From Monocercomonoides exilis PA203 (Eukaryota; Protista; Preaxostyla): a stretch of DNA of 64,000 nt. The translations under genes and the position numbers were made by a program. The stretch lies in assembly GCA_001643675.2 (NCBI GenBank), contig LSRY02000034.1, positions 930,001-994,000 on the forward strand, written 5' to 3'. Below, in pieces: positions 46,939 through 60,956 of the stretch. How positions within the stretch are numbered: the stretch's first letter is position 1; every line of letters starts with the position of its first letter. The notes under the pieces are model-generated. The model did no database searches. It saw only the letters and a program-made list of their open reading frames with translations, and was not told where the DNA came from.

Positions 46939-47037
46939 GGGCTTTGGCTCGAGTAGCGTAAGCGGTAGCTACCTCGACCATTGATATTCCGTTGGTCAAA
47001 GGTCGGGGGTTCGACTCCTGCCAAAGCTCTTTTTTTC
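46939..47037 (+). ncRNA. Putative Pol III small RNA (tRNA-derived or vault-RNA-like)
   Basis: A-box TAGCGTAAGCGG and B-box GGTTCGACTCC. A 10-bp terminal stem GGGCTTTGGC/GCCAAAGCTC is followed immediately by an oligo-T run. It does not fold into a canonical cloverleaf. Confidence 0.6.
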
Positions 47038-48234
47038 TGTGTTTTTTATTATTATTTTCATTGAAATTTTTTTGCCCCGTTCTCTGTGAATATACCATAA
47101 TTTTTTTGGTGTAACTTATTATTTGTAAGAAAAATTTTAATTCAATTTCTTTGGGAAAAATAATGAACCAATTTTTAGCATTTTTCAAATATTTCTTGAA
47201 AATTATTATGAAACAGCTATTTAATTGAATTACAATCATCAACACAAATAACTATTCACTGTAAAATTCTGCGTACTCACCATGTTTATTCATATTTTTT
47301 TTTTTTTTGAGACATCAATTGAGAATCTGCACCTGTTCATTTTGAGTGCATATCTATTAAGGAATATGTGAGATTTCATAAAGCTAAACAGTTGAACCGA
47401 GACAAAAACAGACATCAAAATAATAAATTCAAATTTAAAAATATCAAATTTCACTCTTTTATTTTCAAAAGTGAAATAATCATTCAGTTGTGTGCAATTT
47501 GAACAGCTGAAGATTTAAATCCCAAAAGCAAAATAGAATCAAACACATTTCAAAATTTTAAATTTGCGCAATAAAAACATAAAAATTATTGATTATGAAA
47601 TTCATAATAACAAATGCACCTCAAACAACAAATGGGACAGAATTTTTTCTTTTATGAAAAAAACCATGTATTGTTCCAAACTTATTCTGCATTCTAGTCA
47701 TAATGTTTATAGTCCAATGAAACAAAAAAAGGAATTGAAAACCATTCCAAAATAAATGTTTATTTTGAGTTTAAGAAACAATTCAATATAAAAAGAAATA
47801 TTTGGAAAAGGAATCGAAAATGAGCGACAAAGATTAATTTTTGTATTTGCAAATATGAATAATATGAAAACAAACATAATTGAATTGTCTGAGTGACATT
47901 TGAAGGTTTGTATTGATGAGCGATATTTTGTTAGAATAAGTTATAGCTAAATAAAAAAAATTAATCATTCAAACGGAAATTGAAAGTGAAAGCGACAATT
48001 TAGGAGGCACAGAATTCAATATTTAATTCAGGAAATGAAAAGAAGAAAAAGAAGAAGCTGAAAGCGGCGAATAAAAAAAAGGTTTAAACATTGCAAAATA
48101 ATGGAGAAGGAGAATCACAACTTATTTGGCTTTTTGTCTTTCTTTATCTCCTTCTTTTCTCTATCTTCTTCTTTCATAAGATGCCTCACGAATATTATCA
48201 GAAATTGCATTGAGATAATACCATTGGTGCTTAA

Positions 48235-50401
48235 CCCGCACACTGGCGCCAAACCAGCACCCAGCAAATTATCGGTTTTTTCTAAAAAAAAATGAAAACA
48301 CACATTTGATTGAGTGTGAAGAGCTCACATTCGGACAATTACCATATTTATTATTAATAATTGATATTTTCCCCAAAAAATACAAAAATATTCATTTTCA
48401 TAAAAATTGTTTTAATTTTTATATTTTTGAAAATTTGCCATTTCCTAGCCACGGCAGAAAAAGAAAAACATCCTATTGTGCTTATTTTAATATTTGCGAA
48501 CAAAAAATTAAACGTATGGGAAATTTTTTTTCGATGTTTGCCTGATGGAACTTATTTCAATGATTAGATCAAAAACCATAAAAATGTGAAAACAATTGGC
48601 ATGCTTAGCTGTAGCTTAGAGAAGAAGTTTGCTTTGAATATTTCAAGAAGATTTTAATAATATTGTGTCTTTTATGTAATTTACAACAATTCTTTTAGTG
48701 AATGCACTTGCCAGAACCATGGTTTGATTGGGGTGTGTTTTTTTGGGGAGCAGGCTTTCAAAAAGTTAGATTACAGTTTGCCGTTTTTAAGTACTTGCAT
48801 ATTTTATAAAAATTTGCCTTGTGTAATAATTAAATTCTTCAAAAACATGTTTTTGAATGTTTTGTTTGACGCATATATTTGCTTGATTTTATTATTGAAA
48901 AGAATGAAGCTGCATTTATAACTGCAGCAATTTGTGCTGTAAACATTAACTGCTATTTAATGTTAATTTTTCGAAAATGAGAAATATATGTGTATTGATG
49001 TTTTTGATTTTTATCATTTTTAACAATTCAATGACTTTTTGTTAAATGTTCGTTTCACGTGTTAATTTTGATGGAATCCGTTGTGCATCAATTTATTGCG
49101 TTGTATTTATTTTTTTCCAAAATGAAATAATTTATGTGTGATGAATGAGACATTGGTAATATTTGTTTGATTAATTTATAAGAATAATAATTTTTTGATG
49201 GACGGTGGAAAAATGAATTTTTATTATATTATTGTGTTTTGCATTTATCTAAGAATTGAAACAATACATAAAGAATAACGCTTATTTTACGTCATATTCT
49301 GTTATAGAAAAAAATAAATGCGATAAACCCAATTCACACAAAATTTGTTTTGTTTCAAGTTCAAAACAATTGTTCATAATAACCTAGAGTTAATTTGGTT
49401 TGGATAAATGTTGAACGAATAAATTTGTGTTTTGGTTAGAAATTTTCATTTGCAACAGAAAATTTACAAACAATAATTACAAATGTCTCATTCATCACAC
49501 ATAAATTATTTCATTTTGGAAAAAAATAAATACAACGCAATAAATTGATGCACAACGGATTCCATCAAAATTAACACGTGAAACGAACATTTAACAAAAA
49601 GTCATTGAATTGTTAAAAATGATAAAAATCAAAAACATCAATACACATATATTTCTCATTTTCGAAAAATTAACATTAAATAGCAGTTAATGTTTACAGC
49701 ACAAATTGCTGCAGTTATAAATGCAGCTTCATTCTTTTCAATAATAAAATCAAGCAAATATATGCGTCAAACAAAACATTCAAAAACATGTTTTTGAAGA
49801 ATTTAATTATTACACAAGGCAAATTTTTATAAAATATGCAAGTACTTAAAAACGGCAAACTGTAATCTAACTTTTTGAAAGCCTGCTCCCCAAAAAAACA
49901 CACCCCAATCAAACCATGGTTCTGGCAAGTGCATTCACTAAAAGAATTGTTGTAAATTACATAAAAGACACAATATTATTAAAATCTTCTTGAAATATTC
50001 AAAGCAAACTTCTTCTCTAAGCTACAGCTAAGCATGCCAATTGTTTTCACATTTTTATGGTTTTTGATCTAATCATTGAAATAAGTTCCATCAGGCAAAC
50101 ATCGAAAAAAAATTTCCCATACGTTTAATTTTTTGTTCGCAAATATTAAAATAAGCACAATAGGATGTTTTTCTTTTTCTGCCGTGGCTAGGAAATGGCA
50201 AATTTTCAAAAATATAAAAATTAAAACAATTTTTATGAAAATGAATATTTTTGTATTTTTTGGGGAAAATATCAATTATTAATAATAAATATGGTAATTG
50301 TCCGAATGTGAGCTCTTCACACTCAATCAAATGTGTGTTTTCATTTTTTTTTAGAAAAAACCGATAATTTGCTGGGTGCTGGTTTGGCACCAGGGTGCGG
50401 G
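48235..50401. mobile_element. 2,167-bp non-autonomous piggyBac-type foldback element with 920-bp TIRs
   Basis: TTAA|CCCG...CGGG|TTAA. Arms 48235-49154 and 49482-50401 surround a 327-bp spacer. No transposase. Confidence 0.88.
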
Positions 50402-53400
50402 TTAAGTATGAATGGTGCGAAGCCAGAAGAGATTATATCTTTATTCAGATAATGAAAGAAAAGATGATATTAGCGAAGACTGTAGATGAATTAACGAAAA
50501 GTATATTGAAAGAATGAAATGTGGTAAGTGTTTTGGAATTTGCATTGGATAAGAATGGGCAAGCAACACCACGGAAAATGGATGGGTTGAAGGAAAGAGA
50601 GATGAAAGGATCATCTTCACTGGATTCGACGGTTTTTGAGATGAAAAACAGTAGCTTTTCTGGTTAGGGTTATTGTTCTTCTTCGTCTTTTTCGTCATTC
50701 TCATCTACTCGCTCGTTTTCTATTTCGTCTTCTTCGGCATTTGGAACAAGCTCGCTGCAAAAGTTTCTGGACTTGGAGGTGATGATGCAGATTCCGAAGT
50801 CAGTGACAACATCTTCCTCTTCTTCTCTTGCATCATCATCTTCGTCATCATCATCATCATCGTCGTCCCCAACAGTGTCATCGTCTTCATCTTCTTCTGT
50901 AGCCTCCTCCTCTTCTGACCCATCGCCCTTCTCCAATGTGCCTCTTTTTCTTCCACTTCCAGTTCTCCCGCTTCCGTAGAAAAGGCCATCACCCGTCCAA
51001 ATTGAGAGGCACCAGCTGGAGACGATCTTTTCGCAGGAGTTCCAGGTGACTCCAGAGAGCACATCTGTTGTACACACCACGCATCTGTCGGCTTCATCAT
51101 CGGCTTCTTCGTTGCAATCATTTGTCAAGCATAATGCGAGGCTCCAACCAAAGTCTCCTTCCTCTTCCTCTTCCTCTTCATCCTATACCACTTCTTCTCT
51201 CGCCTTCCTGCGATAGGCCATCTTCTTCGACATCCACTCAGCAACGGTGCCGCTGAAACTCTTGAATCTCTCTTTTATGCTCTGTTCTGCTTTTCAGATC
51301 CTATTTCAGTTGTCGCCTCGCTAAGCACTCGTCTCAATACGCATCTCATCCTTCTTGCAAACGAAGTTGCCTCCTTATTTTGTGCTGTTGAGATAATCCG
51401 CTCAGTACACTCGCTCTATTCTCAGATCTCTGCTTTTGGCACTGAGAATGGCAATAACAATTTTGATGGCAATAGAAATCCTCATGCTAGTGATGATATA
51501 AGTTAATAAAGTGATTCTGTAAATAGCAGGAAAGGCAACAACAACAACAATGCAAGTAGAGGAGGGGAACATGAGGAGGAATGTGGGATGAACAATACAG
51601 CTTCTATTCGCAATCATCTGTTTCTTCTTGGCAAATTAGCACCATTTTGTACGAGAGAACAGCAAGATTTTTGTGAGAATTGGGCAATCACACAGAATAA
51701 CCAGACATGAGCAACAATGAATTCTCATCGGCAAGTGTGTTGTATTAGGTGGTGTGTATTTTTTATTTATTTATTTTGAATTGAAAGTGATTAGAATTTT
51801 GATGTTTGTCTGCTCATATTCTTTATGATCCTTTGAAATATATAAATTCGATATACCTTTCTAATTTAAAGCAATTAACATTCTTTTTTTAAACTTCTCT
51901 TTCTCCAGGAATCAATCCACCCCGGCCCTTCCCTCCATAGAACGCACATCTCTTTCTTTTGCTCTCATACGCCACCTCGTCCTCTTCTTCATCGTTCACT
52001 CAATCTGATCTGCAAAAGGCAAAGTTTCTGTGTTTATCTCTTTGCTCTTGTCATTCTTCGTCCTCCTCTTCAGCCTCGTCTCTATCGTAATCACTGTTCT
52101 GGACACTCTTCTCTGTGCTTGCACTCCAACTTTCCCAACTTGCAATCTTTATTAAAATGATTTTTGCATGATTTATTAAATTTAGTATGAAATATCATTA
52201 TGATTATCTTTATTGTCTTTGAATTTTTTCAACAATGTGAAAACATTTTGTTAAATTTTTATTAATAATTGTTATTCTTTTTAATTTTCTCATCATTTTT
52301 TTCAGAAATCAACCTCTTCTCCCTTATGACACTGCCTTCTTTTTCTTCTCGTCTTCTGCTCTATCTCACTTTCATTTTTCTTCATCATTATTTTCTTTTT
52401 CTTCTTCTTTATCATCTCGCTGACATTCATCTCGCAACTCACCTCACTTCTCTACTCCAGCATGACAATCATTATCTTCCTCATCTTTCTCAATTGGAAA
52501 CAGCTTGTGCCCTCGTCTTGATGATTGTGCAACAGAAGAAAATTTTTTAATGCATATCCATATTAAAGCAATCACCACATTGTTCAATGCTGAAGAGGAA
52601 TAGTTCCTGATTATACCTCATATAACTCCATTGTGAAGTTCCCACCAATTGAAATACTCGAAATGATTTGGTTAATCAAACATGCAACGGGAGAAAATGA
52701 GAGCAGCCAATACAACTTTTGCCAGAGACGATGATATGAAAAGAACTTCAAAAACAAAATTAAAATGTGCTGCTATTCATGCAAGGAGTTCACAACAATC
52801 TATGCCTTCTTCATCTTCAACAGGCTTTCTCGTTAAGCTCTCCTTCCCGCTCACAAGAGAGGCGTGTTGTGAATAAAATTGATGAGGAAGGTGTGTCTTT
52901 TAGATAAAGCTGAATTTGGAGGGAGGATTCTGCTATGGAACCAAAGCATGCTCAACTCTCTTGAAGAATTGTAAAGGTCAGCCAGATTGGATGGGGATTA
53001 TCCGATTTCTTTCTTTTTCGAAATAACAGCAAGAATGTTGGCATCCTGTAGCAGATATGTGTATAGATGGTGTCTTCATTCGAAGAAGCGTCACAGTTGT
53101 TCATCACTCCAATAACGATGCTTTAACACTTTGATGAAGCAAAAAAAATAAAAAAGAAAGAAGAACTGGAGCAGGAAAGCAACAACAGAAACGACTCTGC
53201 TTGTTTTGCAACCGCATTGAATCCAGGGAAAGGTGGAAGACGGAAACAAGATGAATGTTAGAAGAGAAGGAAAAGAGAAAAAGAAATAGAAATAGAAAGG
53301 AGTCATGAAGTCAAAGCACCTGGTTTCGATAAAGAAGATGCTTGAAATGAAAAAGAATGTTATCATGATGCGAAGCAAGCTGCTGTTCGTGTGGAGCACC

Positions 53401-56400
53401 ATCATCTTCTCCTTCTGTTGTGACATATTCGACTGAACATGCATCGACTTCATCATCAAAAGCACAATCATCTGCAAACTCATCACAATTGATACCAGCT
53501 GTGTGGAGAATGTGTGGAAGGTGGCGGTAGTGTGGACGGCTTTCAACTTCACTTTTTCGCTCTTCAACTCTCACTCTGTCCTTATCTGGAATAGAGTGAG
53601 AGACAGCTTGTCTGTTGCAACTGCAGAAGGAGAAAGTTATATCAAGCAACAACGATGGGATCAACTTTGTAAATACATAAGCCCTATCTAACCCACTGAC
53701 AGGCGATTGTGATATGGTGAATGCAATCATCCCTTCAAACTTGCGGCTTGTTTTCGCAGTCGGTTGGAGGAGCAGCGAACACTGTGTTGAAAAGCCTCAG
53801 CTGCTTCTCGAGTCGAATATCCACATTTCGTTTAACTCAGCGAAAAAGTCTGTGTAGCCCAAGGTCCTCATTTTTGTTTCAACGTTTGCACTGCAAAGCT
53901 CGAAGGAGGAAGTGAAAAGGGAGCAGAGACAGTTTACACTGCGCCTGACGGAAACAAAGAATAAGAAAGAGCAGAATGGCTCCTTCTCCTTCGAGGTTGT
54001 GCAGAATACAGTTGGTTATTCACAGCTTGTAATTTTTTCTGTTTCTTCCAAACCGTCTCAGTTATCGTTAAATGTGTGCTCGTCCACCAAAGTCCCATAG
54101 CGCATATTCTTTAGTCCAATCACAAATGGAAGGTGAAAAGGAGATGTTGCAATTGAATCGAAAAGCTTGCACATCTTTTTGTAACAGCATCTGCTGAAGG
54201 ATTGGTTGTGTTGTGGCACTTAGACAACAGCTTTGTTATAAACAGCTTTCGATCTTTTGTCAACATCTGAGGAAGCATATGAATAAGAAGATGGAAGTGA
54301 GGAGAAAATGAGAAAGAATGAGATTTAGCAGAAGGCAAGGAAGATGCTTGCATATTTGGAGGAAGCTGAACAGGAAATTGAGGAACAACAATAGATGAGG
54401 ATAGCAGAAGACAGCAACAATGAAGACGACACAGCCTATGCATTTTTCTTTAGGAAAGGGCAATAACTTCTTTTTTCTGAAGAGAACGAGACGGACAAAA
54501 AAGGAGAGAAGGACAATGATGAACCAAATAGATTTGATTTGCTTGATTTACAGAATTAAACGAAATTCCTCTTTTCGACTCATGCATCATTTTACACAGT
54601 TGCTGGCTAACTTCATCAAACGGACAAAACTGCTCTTTCACACACAGTTCGGAGTGAATAAGGATTCATCTTCTTTATTTTCTGAGCTTTCGTCAACAAT
54701 ACAGCCACACGACTCATTTTTTTCATCTTCCCAGCCTTCAAAACAAGCACAGAACACACAAAACACATTGGCACATCCTATTTTGCAGCTGAAGAAGAGA
54801 GCACGATGCATCACGAACTTTATCATCCGATCTTTGCGTATCTATCGAGACGTGCACTTCACATTCGTTGCAGATGGCAATATCCGCTTTTGGAATGCTC
54901 TTCAGTCTCGGCTGCTGATTGACATTAGTTCTCTACCGAAGAGAGCAGAAGGGATTATTTTTTTGTTCGAGATTCCTGTTTAGGAATTAGACAGAAAAGC
55001 AATTTGACTGAAGAGGAAAATTATTCTAATGGCATTGTTATTGTGTTCAAGTTGATAACTACTGCTTCTCATCAAAAAAGCCGTTTGCTTTTATCAAAAT
55101 TTTGTGCATTGGATTATCCCAGAACTCTTCATTTTTCTTGTTCGTTCAAATTTGCCTTTCGTGTTCGCAAATGATTCATTGTATCGAAAAGCCCTTCCTG
55201 CACCTCTTCTGCTCATTCTGCCACAGCTTCTTCTGGTTGCCTGTTCTTTAAAAGGCGATATGATGTTGTTTGAAGAATTTGAGCTTCATAACAGCAACTC
55301 TTCTTTGTACCAGGCACTTCAGCAATCCTGCTCTATTTCTATTTCTTTTCTTTCCCTTTTTCTGACTCTTCTCTTTTATCTGCCTTTCTTGCTCTCAGTT
55401 TGGGGGAATTGTTGCAACTATCATATCTGTCAATTGCTGCAACATCTTCTCTTTTAACGAATGCTTATCCAGCGTTATGTCTTCTTCTTCTCCGTCATTG
55501 TTATCCTTCTCTATTTCTTCTGAAGTGATTAATATGAAGCAGAAGAAGATATATGAGAAGGGAATGGTGCAGCAAACGATTAATTTCAACTGGAGTTTAA
55601 GCTGGAACTGGAGGATCAACGTGGCTAAAGTGAATCGTAAGAAAAGTTCGAAAAGACTGGATTGTTACGGATGGAGAAGAAAAGGAAAAATAAAGAGTGA
55701 AATTTTTCACTCAAAAAAGATATTCATTTTTTCTCTAACAACAGCATCATTGACAGATACGAGCTGTCTTTATTGTTTTATCACATTTTTTGAAACCATA
55801 AGCAAAAATATGGAAAACGAAATCTATTGCCATCCATATTACACTTGTCCACGTGCTACAAAAAGCTGTCATGCAAAAGAAATTTTTGAAAAAATTCGAA
55901 ATTTATCCAGTGATGATCATGAAGGGTGCTTAATGCACTTCCTTTACCATTCCAAATTGGGAAAGCCCTTCCGCGAAGCTGTTGAAGCTGTTTCGTTAAG
56001 TTTTGTTTTTTTTATTGTTTTTGTCATTTCTATGATTAAATATTTGATGAAACAATTTAATTTATATTTTTTTCCATATGGGGGAAAATATGGACTTTCA
56101 AGCTTTTTAAGCACAAAGCAAAAAAAAATTGTCTTTCTCATAACTTTATTTCACTTTCTCAGATTTCAAAATGAATTTGACTTTCATATCTGAAAGCAAA
56201 CATCATTAATATAATAACAATATGTTGTGTGACATCACATGTATTTCAAAAAATAAATCCATTTTTATTGTGTTTTTTGGACTCAAAAAGTCAATAAAAA
56301 GTGCATAATTTTTCAATGAAAATTCCTGAAGCAAAATATTTTTCCCCATATTAAAAGAGAAAACTGCAAAGATTTTAAACAATCTTGCGGATCTTTATAA

Positions 56401-57199
56401 AACGCCCGGGAATTCGGATCGCGTTTCAATTCTTTCTTGTGCTTCTTCCGTTTGTCCAATTGCAGAGTTGAATGAAAACGGTTTTTCTCTTTCTCGAGGG
56501 GAATATTATAATTCCCGTGAAAAGAGAAAAGAAGCCAAGGTTCTCGGAAAAAACTTAAAAGACGAAAACAGCTCCAACAACGCAGGTTATAATTATTATT
56601 TAATTTATTGTTATATATATTATTTTAATAAATCTCCTGTTTTCTATAAAATTTCATTCATTAACAACAACAGATCGAAAAATCGAAGTGGAAAATTGGC
56701 TGATGAGCCATAGCTCAAACAGCTGCCTCAACGAACGAAGACGAAAGAAAAGTGTGTCTTGTTTTAGATATTTAATTTTTAATGTTCAAATTTTTTTTTT
56801 TTGAATATTCAAAAAACAGACAATAGGACAAATAAAGATAATCTGAAAAAAAGAAAATTTCTCAACTCTCCTCTCGACTTTTTAAATTCTTCGTCCAAGT
56901 CTTCACATTTAAAGAAAGCTGATTCATCGATCGGCTCTCAAATTTCTTCAGAAGATATAAAAAATGAAGATAACAAAATTGAAAAAACAGAAAAAAGATT
57001 AAAAAAGAAAAAATGAAGAAAAGATGAAAATCGATAATAGAAAAAACAAAAAAAAAAAAAACATAAGATTTGTGAAAATAACAAATCGAAAAAATTCCTT
57101 CTTCGCAAACTTCTTCGCAAACTTCTTCGCTATCTTCTTCGTCATCGTTTGAAATAATTGATAATGAAGAAAACACGAAAGAAAAGGTGCTTGAAAATG

Positions 57200-58040
57200 A
57201 AAAAGTCAATGAAAAGAAATTGAAATATTCATCATGTTTTTTAAGAAATGATAAAAAGGATTATTGAAAATACAAAAAAGAATTTATTTTTTGAAATGAA
57301 GAATGAAATAGATATTAAAATAGCATATTCGGCTTTTTGCAAAAAAACAAAAAATTTAAAAAAAGCAAAAAGGAGGACTGATTTGTGTGATGTGTGCGAG
57401 AGAGGAAATTTTTTGGAGAAAAAAGAAATAGAATTGAAAAATAAAAACTTGTCTTTGAGTTTCGAAGAAAAAGAAGAAAAGGAATTAATTGAAAAACATA
57501 AAGAAATGGCTCAATGCCAGAGAAATTTTTTTTATTTTAAAGAAATAGCAAGAAAAAAAATGAAGTTTCAATTATAATGGACTTCAAAGAAAACTGGGCA
57601 TTGCCCATAATGATGAATGAAACTGGTCGTAGCTTTTACGACAAAAAGAAAATTACTCAATTGTGTTTTATTGTTCTTAAAGTTAATAAATATAACATTT
57701 TTGAAAAACATAGTATTAATTTTTTTTCAGAAAATTTATCTCTCGATTTATGTTTTGTTTGTGAATGCATAACTTAATTATTAAAATTTGATTTATTCGA
57801 AAATAATAATTTTTTCACTTTTTTTGTGTTAATGGCCCTCATTTTAGAAACTCTAATATCCTTCATTTTTTGTTTTCAAATTCTTCTCCTTTATTTTTTA
57901 ATAAAAAATGTTCTTTGTCTTTTTTTGCTGAACATCATGGAAAAAATGATTGCGACAGCGAATTTGGTCATTTAACTAATTTATTAAATAAAAATTTAAA
58001 TAATACTGTTTTGAATACTTTAGAAGTTTTAATTTCTTTT
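57200..58040 (+). pseudogene. Degraded DDD transposase, Sola2-like
   Basis: TDLCDVCE..H, MDFKENW, (V)NGPHFRN and FFAEHHGKNDCDSEFG spread over three frames; the second catalytic Asp appears lost. Confidence 0.6.
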
Positions 58041-59565
58041 TTTAATTCTAATTATAATTACTATGAATTTTTAAATAATAATTCCAATTTTTTTTCTCTC
58101 CAATTATTCTTCTTTTAATAATGATTTTTTTTTCAAAATTTAGAAATTAATAACGATACGTCTGGAATGGAATTGGCAACTTTGCAAATGAACAAAGAGA
58201 GCGAAAGTATTTTTAATACAAAACATTTCTTTTTAAAGTGAGATTTTTTTTTACAATTTTTTATTAATAATTTTTATCATCATAATTTTTTTTTCAGACA
58301 CGAAACTTTATCAGAAACAAATTGGGGCCAGCTGGCAACATTTGGTATGTAAAAATATTTGTATTTTGAAAAAAAAGAAAAAGAATTATTTCTTCTCCGA
58401 AAAGCTCAGAAAAATTTGAATATTTGAAAAAAATAAAATACTCTGAAAAATTAATTCAAAATGAAAAAATTAGAAAAACATTCGAAAGAAAAAATGAAAA
58501 AGACAAAGAAACAGAAGGAAATAATAAAGTTGGAAAAACAGTGAAAAAAAATATATAAGAAAGATTATTTACGATCGATTCTGAATTTTTTAACAGATCT
58601 GAGTATTTTTCTTCTTTATCAAATGATGATTTTTTTATATAGCGGAACAGCAGATATAGAGCGACCAAAAGAATGTATGAAAGGTATGTTTAAAAAAGTT
58701 AATTTTCCAATTTTTGATTATTCAAATAATTCTCAAAATAACAATTCATTTATATTTCCCTTTTTTAATTCTAATTCTGATTTTTCTAATTCTTTAAAAA
58801 ATGAAGAAAGTGGCGCAGGTGTGTCATTTAATTCTTATTATTCATTAAATATTGATATGAATAACAACAGCATCGAAATTGATTTTTAAACATCTTAAAA
58901 TAAAAAATACAAAGAAATTATTTTTTATTCTTACTTATCTAATGATAACTTATTATATTTGTTTGAGGACGTGACTGAATCCTTCCTGTTTTTGTTTTAT
59001 TTATTAGTAAAACAAAGACTTGCAGGCTTTGGATCCAGATTCAGTCTCCCAGGAGAATAAAAAATAATTTCTCAATAATTCACGAAAAAATAATATATAA
59101 TAATGATTATTTTTTTTTGTTTTTATTCATTAATTTTTATTTTATCTATTTTCTATTTTTTCACCAACGATCCTCTCATTCTTGTTTTGTTTTATTTTAA
59201 TATTTTTTCTTTGATATGATGTTTTCCTTTATATTTACAGGTATCGGATTATGGGTGGAACAAATGTCCAAAGGTGAAATATTTCGTCCCAAATTTGAAT
59301 TACAAAAGAAATACTCGAGATTCATTATTTACCAGTTTGCTTTCTGAATTATTGAAAACTTAGTCTCAAATAAAAAAACACTCAGATTTTATTGATAAAT
59401 AATAAATGAAATGCTCTTGAAAAATCAAAAAATGAATGACCAACTGAAAAATGAACATTGAGGAAGTTCAAAAAAGGAAGCGAATGCTTTCCCAAACAAA
59501 TTAGATACCAAAAAAATAATCTTCCAAATCTCCTATCAAAAAACAATCATTAAACCCTCCTTTAA

Positions 59566-60956
59566 TTATAACTTGCGAAATCTGACGAGGCAGTCTTCAG
59601 TTCCTTCTTCTTCCATCTTTTCAAACAGCTTTCTTTGCATCCGTTTTCTTTCTTTCTCATCTTTTCCAATTTCCTTCTTGACTTTTAGCATTTTGCAAAG
59701 ATGCTCCAAAAACGATAAATAGTATTCAATTTTCGATCTATCAACGTTTGACTGGGAAATAACCCCCAAAACTTGATCCACAATTCCTTCGTTGAATATC
59801 ATATCAACATATTCCATATTTCTATTCGCTGCTCTTTTGAAAAAACAAAAACATAATAATCGAATTTCATCGTAATTATCCTTTGCAACTTTAAATACCC
59901 TCGCAACACTGTTCATAAGACCAATGCTATCCTCTTTCCGCAATTGGCAATTGAAAAATAACACTTCAACTGTTCCGATCCATCTTCTTAGCATATTTCC
60001 TTCAAACACTTTTTTCGTGTTCCTTTCGTTTTCTTCCCCATCAAGGCTTCTTGCAAGATCTTCCAGTTCTTTTCTTGCTTCTTTTGCAAAATGAAGCTCG
60101 TTCACAATTGCGCTATTCAACTCTCCATCATACGTTAATCGGTCAATCAAAAACTCCCAAGCTGATTGATATGCGAGCCGTGTCAAATTTCGATGTTCCT
60201 GATGATATCTGATGATTTCTGTCATCTCATTTAAATACTGCTCTTTTTTCATAGAGCTCTAAAAATAGAGATTCAAAATAAAATAAAATAAAATAAAATA
60301 AAAAAACGGACAATGAAATCAAAAATAAAGCAGAAATGTTCAAACTCCAAATGGATTAACATTGTTCAAAGCCATCAAAACTATTTCCACTTCTTTTTGT
60401 GCTTCCTTGCTGTCCTCTTTGCACAATGCGACTTTCAGAAGGCTACGCACGCAGGCAGTTAGCAATTCATTGCTGATACCGAAATCATACAACATCAGAA
60501 AGCATTCATAAAGATTCACAAGAAGTCTTTCGTTCTTTCTTTCTTTTTTCTTTTCTTCATAAATCATCTTTTCAAATCTTGTTTTCAACAAAGAAAAATC
60601 AAATCCGTGGTTTACCGAGTTCAGCAACGTTTTGCAGTGCCCAATGCGTTTCAGCAGCAAAATTGCATTTCCCCATGACAATTTCTCTTCAATCATTTTG
60701 TTGATTCTGTTGAACATATCTTTTGTGAATACAGACTCAAATTCTTTTCGATTCATCATTTCCATAGCTCTGTTCATATCTTCTATAATCTGCTTTTGCA
60801 CATCCTCATCGCAATCTTCCAGATTATTTAAAAAATCTTCAAAAAAAGAAAAGAAGAAGAAAAAAAAAGAAAAAAAGAAACCGCATCACAAAAAATTTTT
60901 AAACGATGTACCGTTCGCAAACCATCAAATTTATTTGAAGCAAGAGTCTCTTTCAT
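59566..60956 (-). CDS. Lineage-specific alpha-helical (ARM-like) family protein, 3 exons
   Basis: ATG at 60956 (MKETLASNKFD) and two GT-AG introns join ORFs 60340-60801 and 59566-60252 in frame. Contains HQEHRNLTRLAYQSAWEFLI. Confidence 0.6.

Noticed and set aside
46939-47029. Canonical tRNA or tRNA-Sec
   Set aside because: There are extra bases before the D-arm, no 7-nt anticodon loop with U33, no UCA anticodon in position and a mismatched T-stem.
48306-50390. Duplicated small ORFs in the piggyBac-type arms
   Set aside because: Non-ATG, AT-rich chance ORFs mirrored by the palindrome.
50400-55700. Coding-like fragments (also at 24000-24960, 32400-33700, 38700-39350 and 42850-44850)
   Set aside because: They look like decayed genes, but I could not assign a family with confidence.
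55761-59320. TIRs for the Sola-like element starting at GAGCTGTC
   Set aside because: No matching inverted copy was found downstream.
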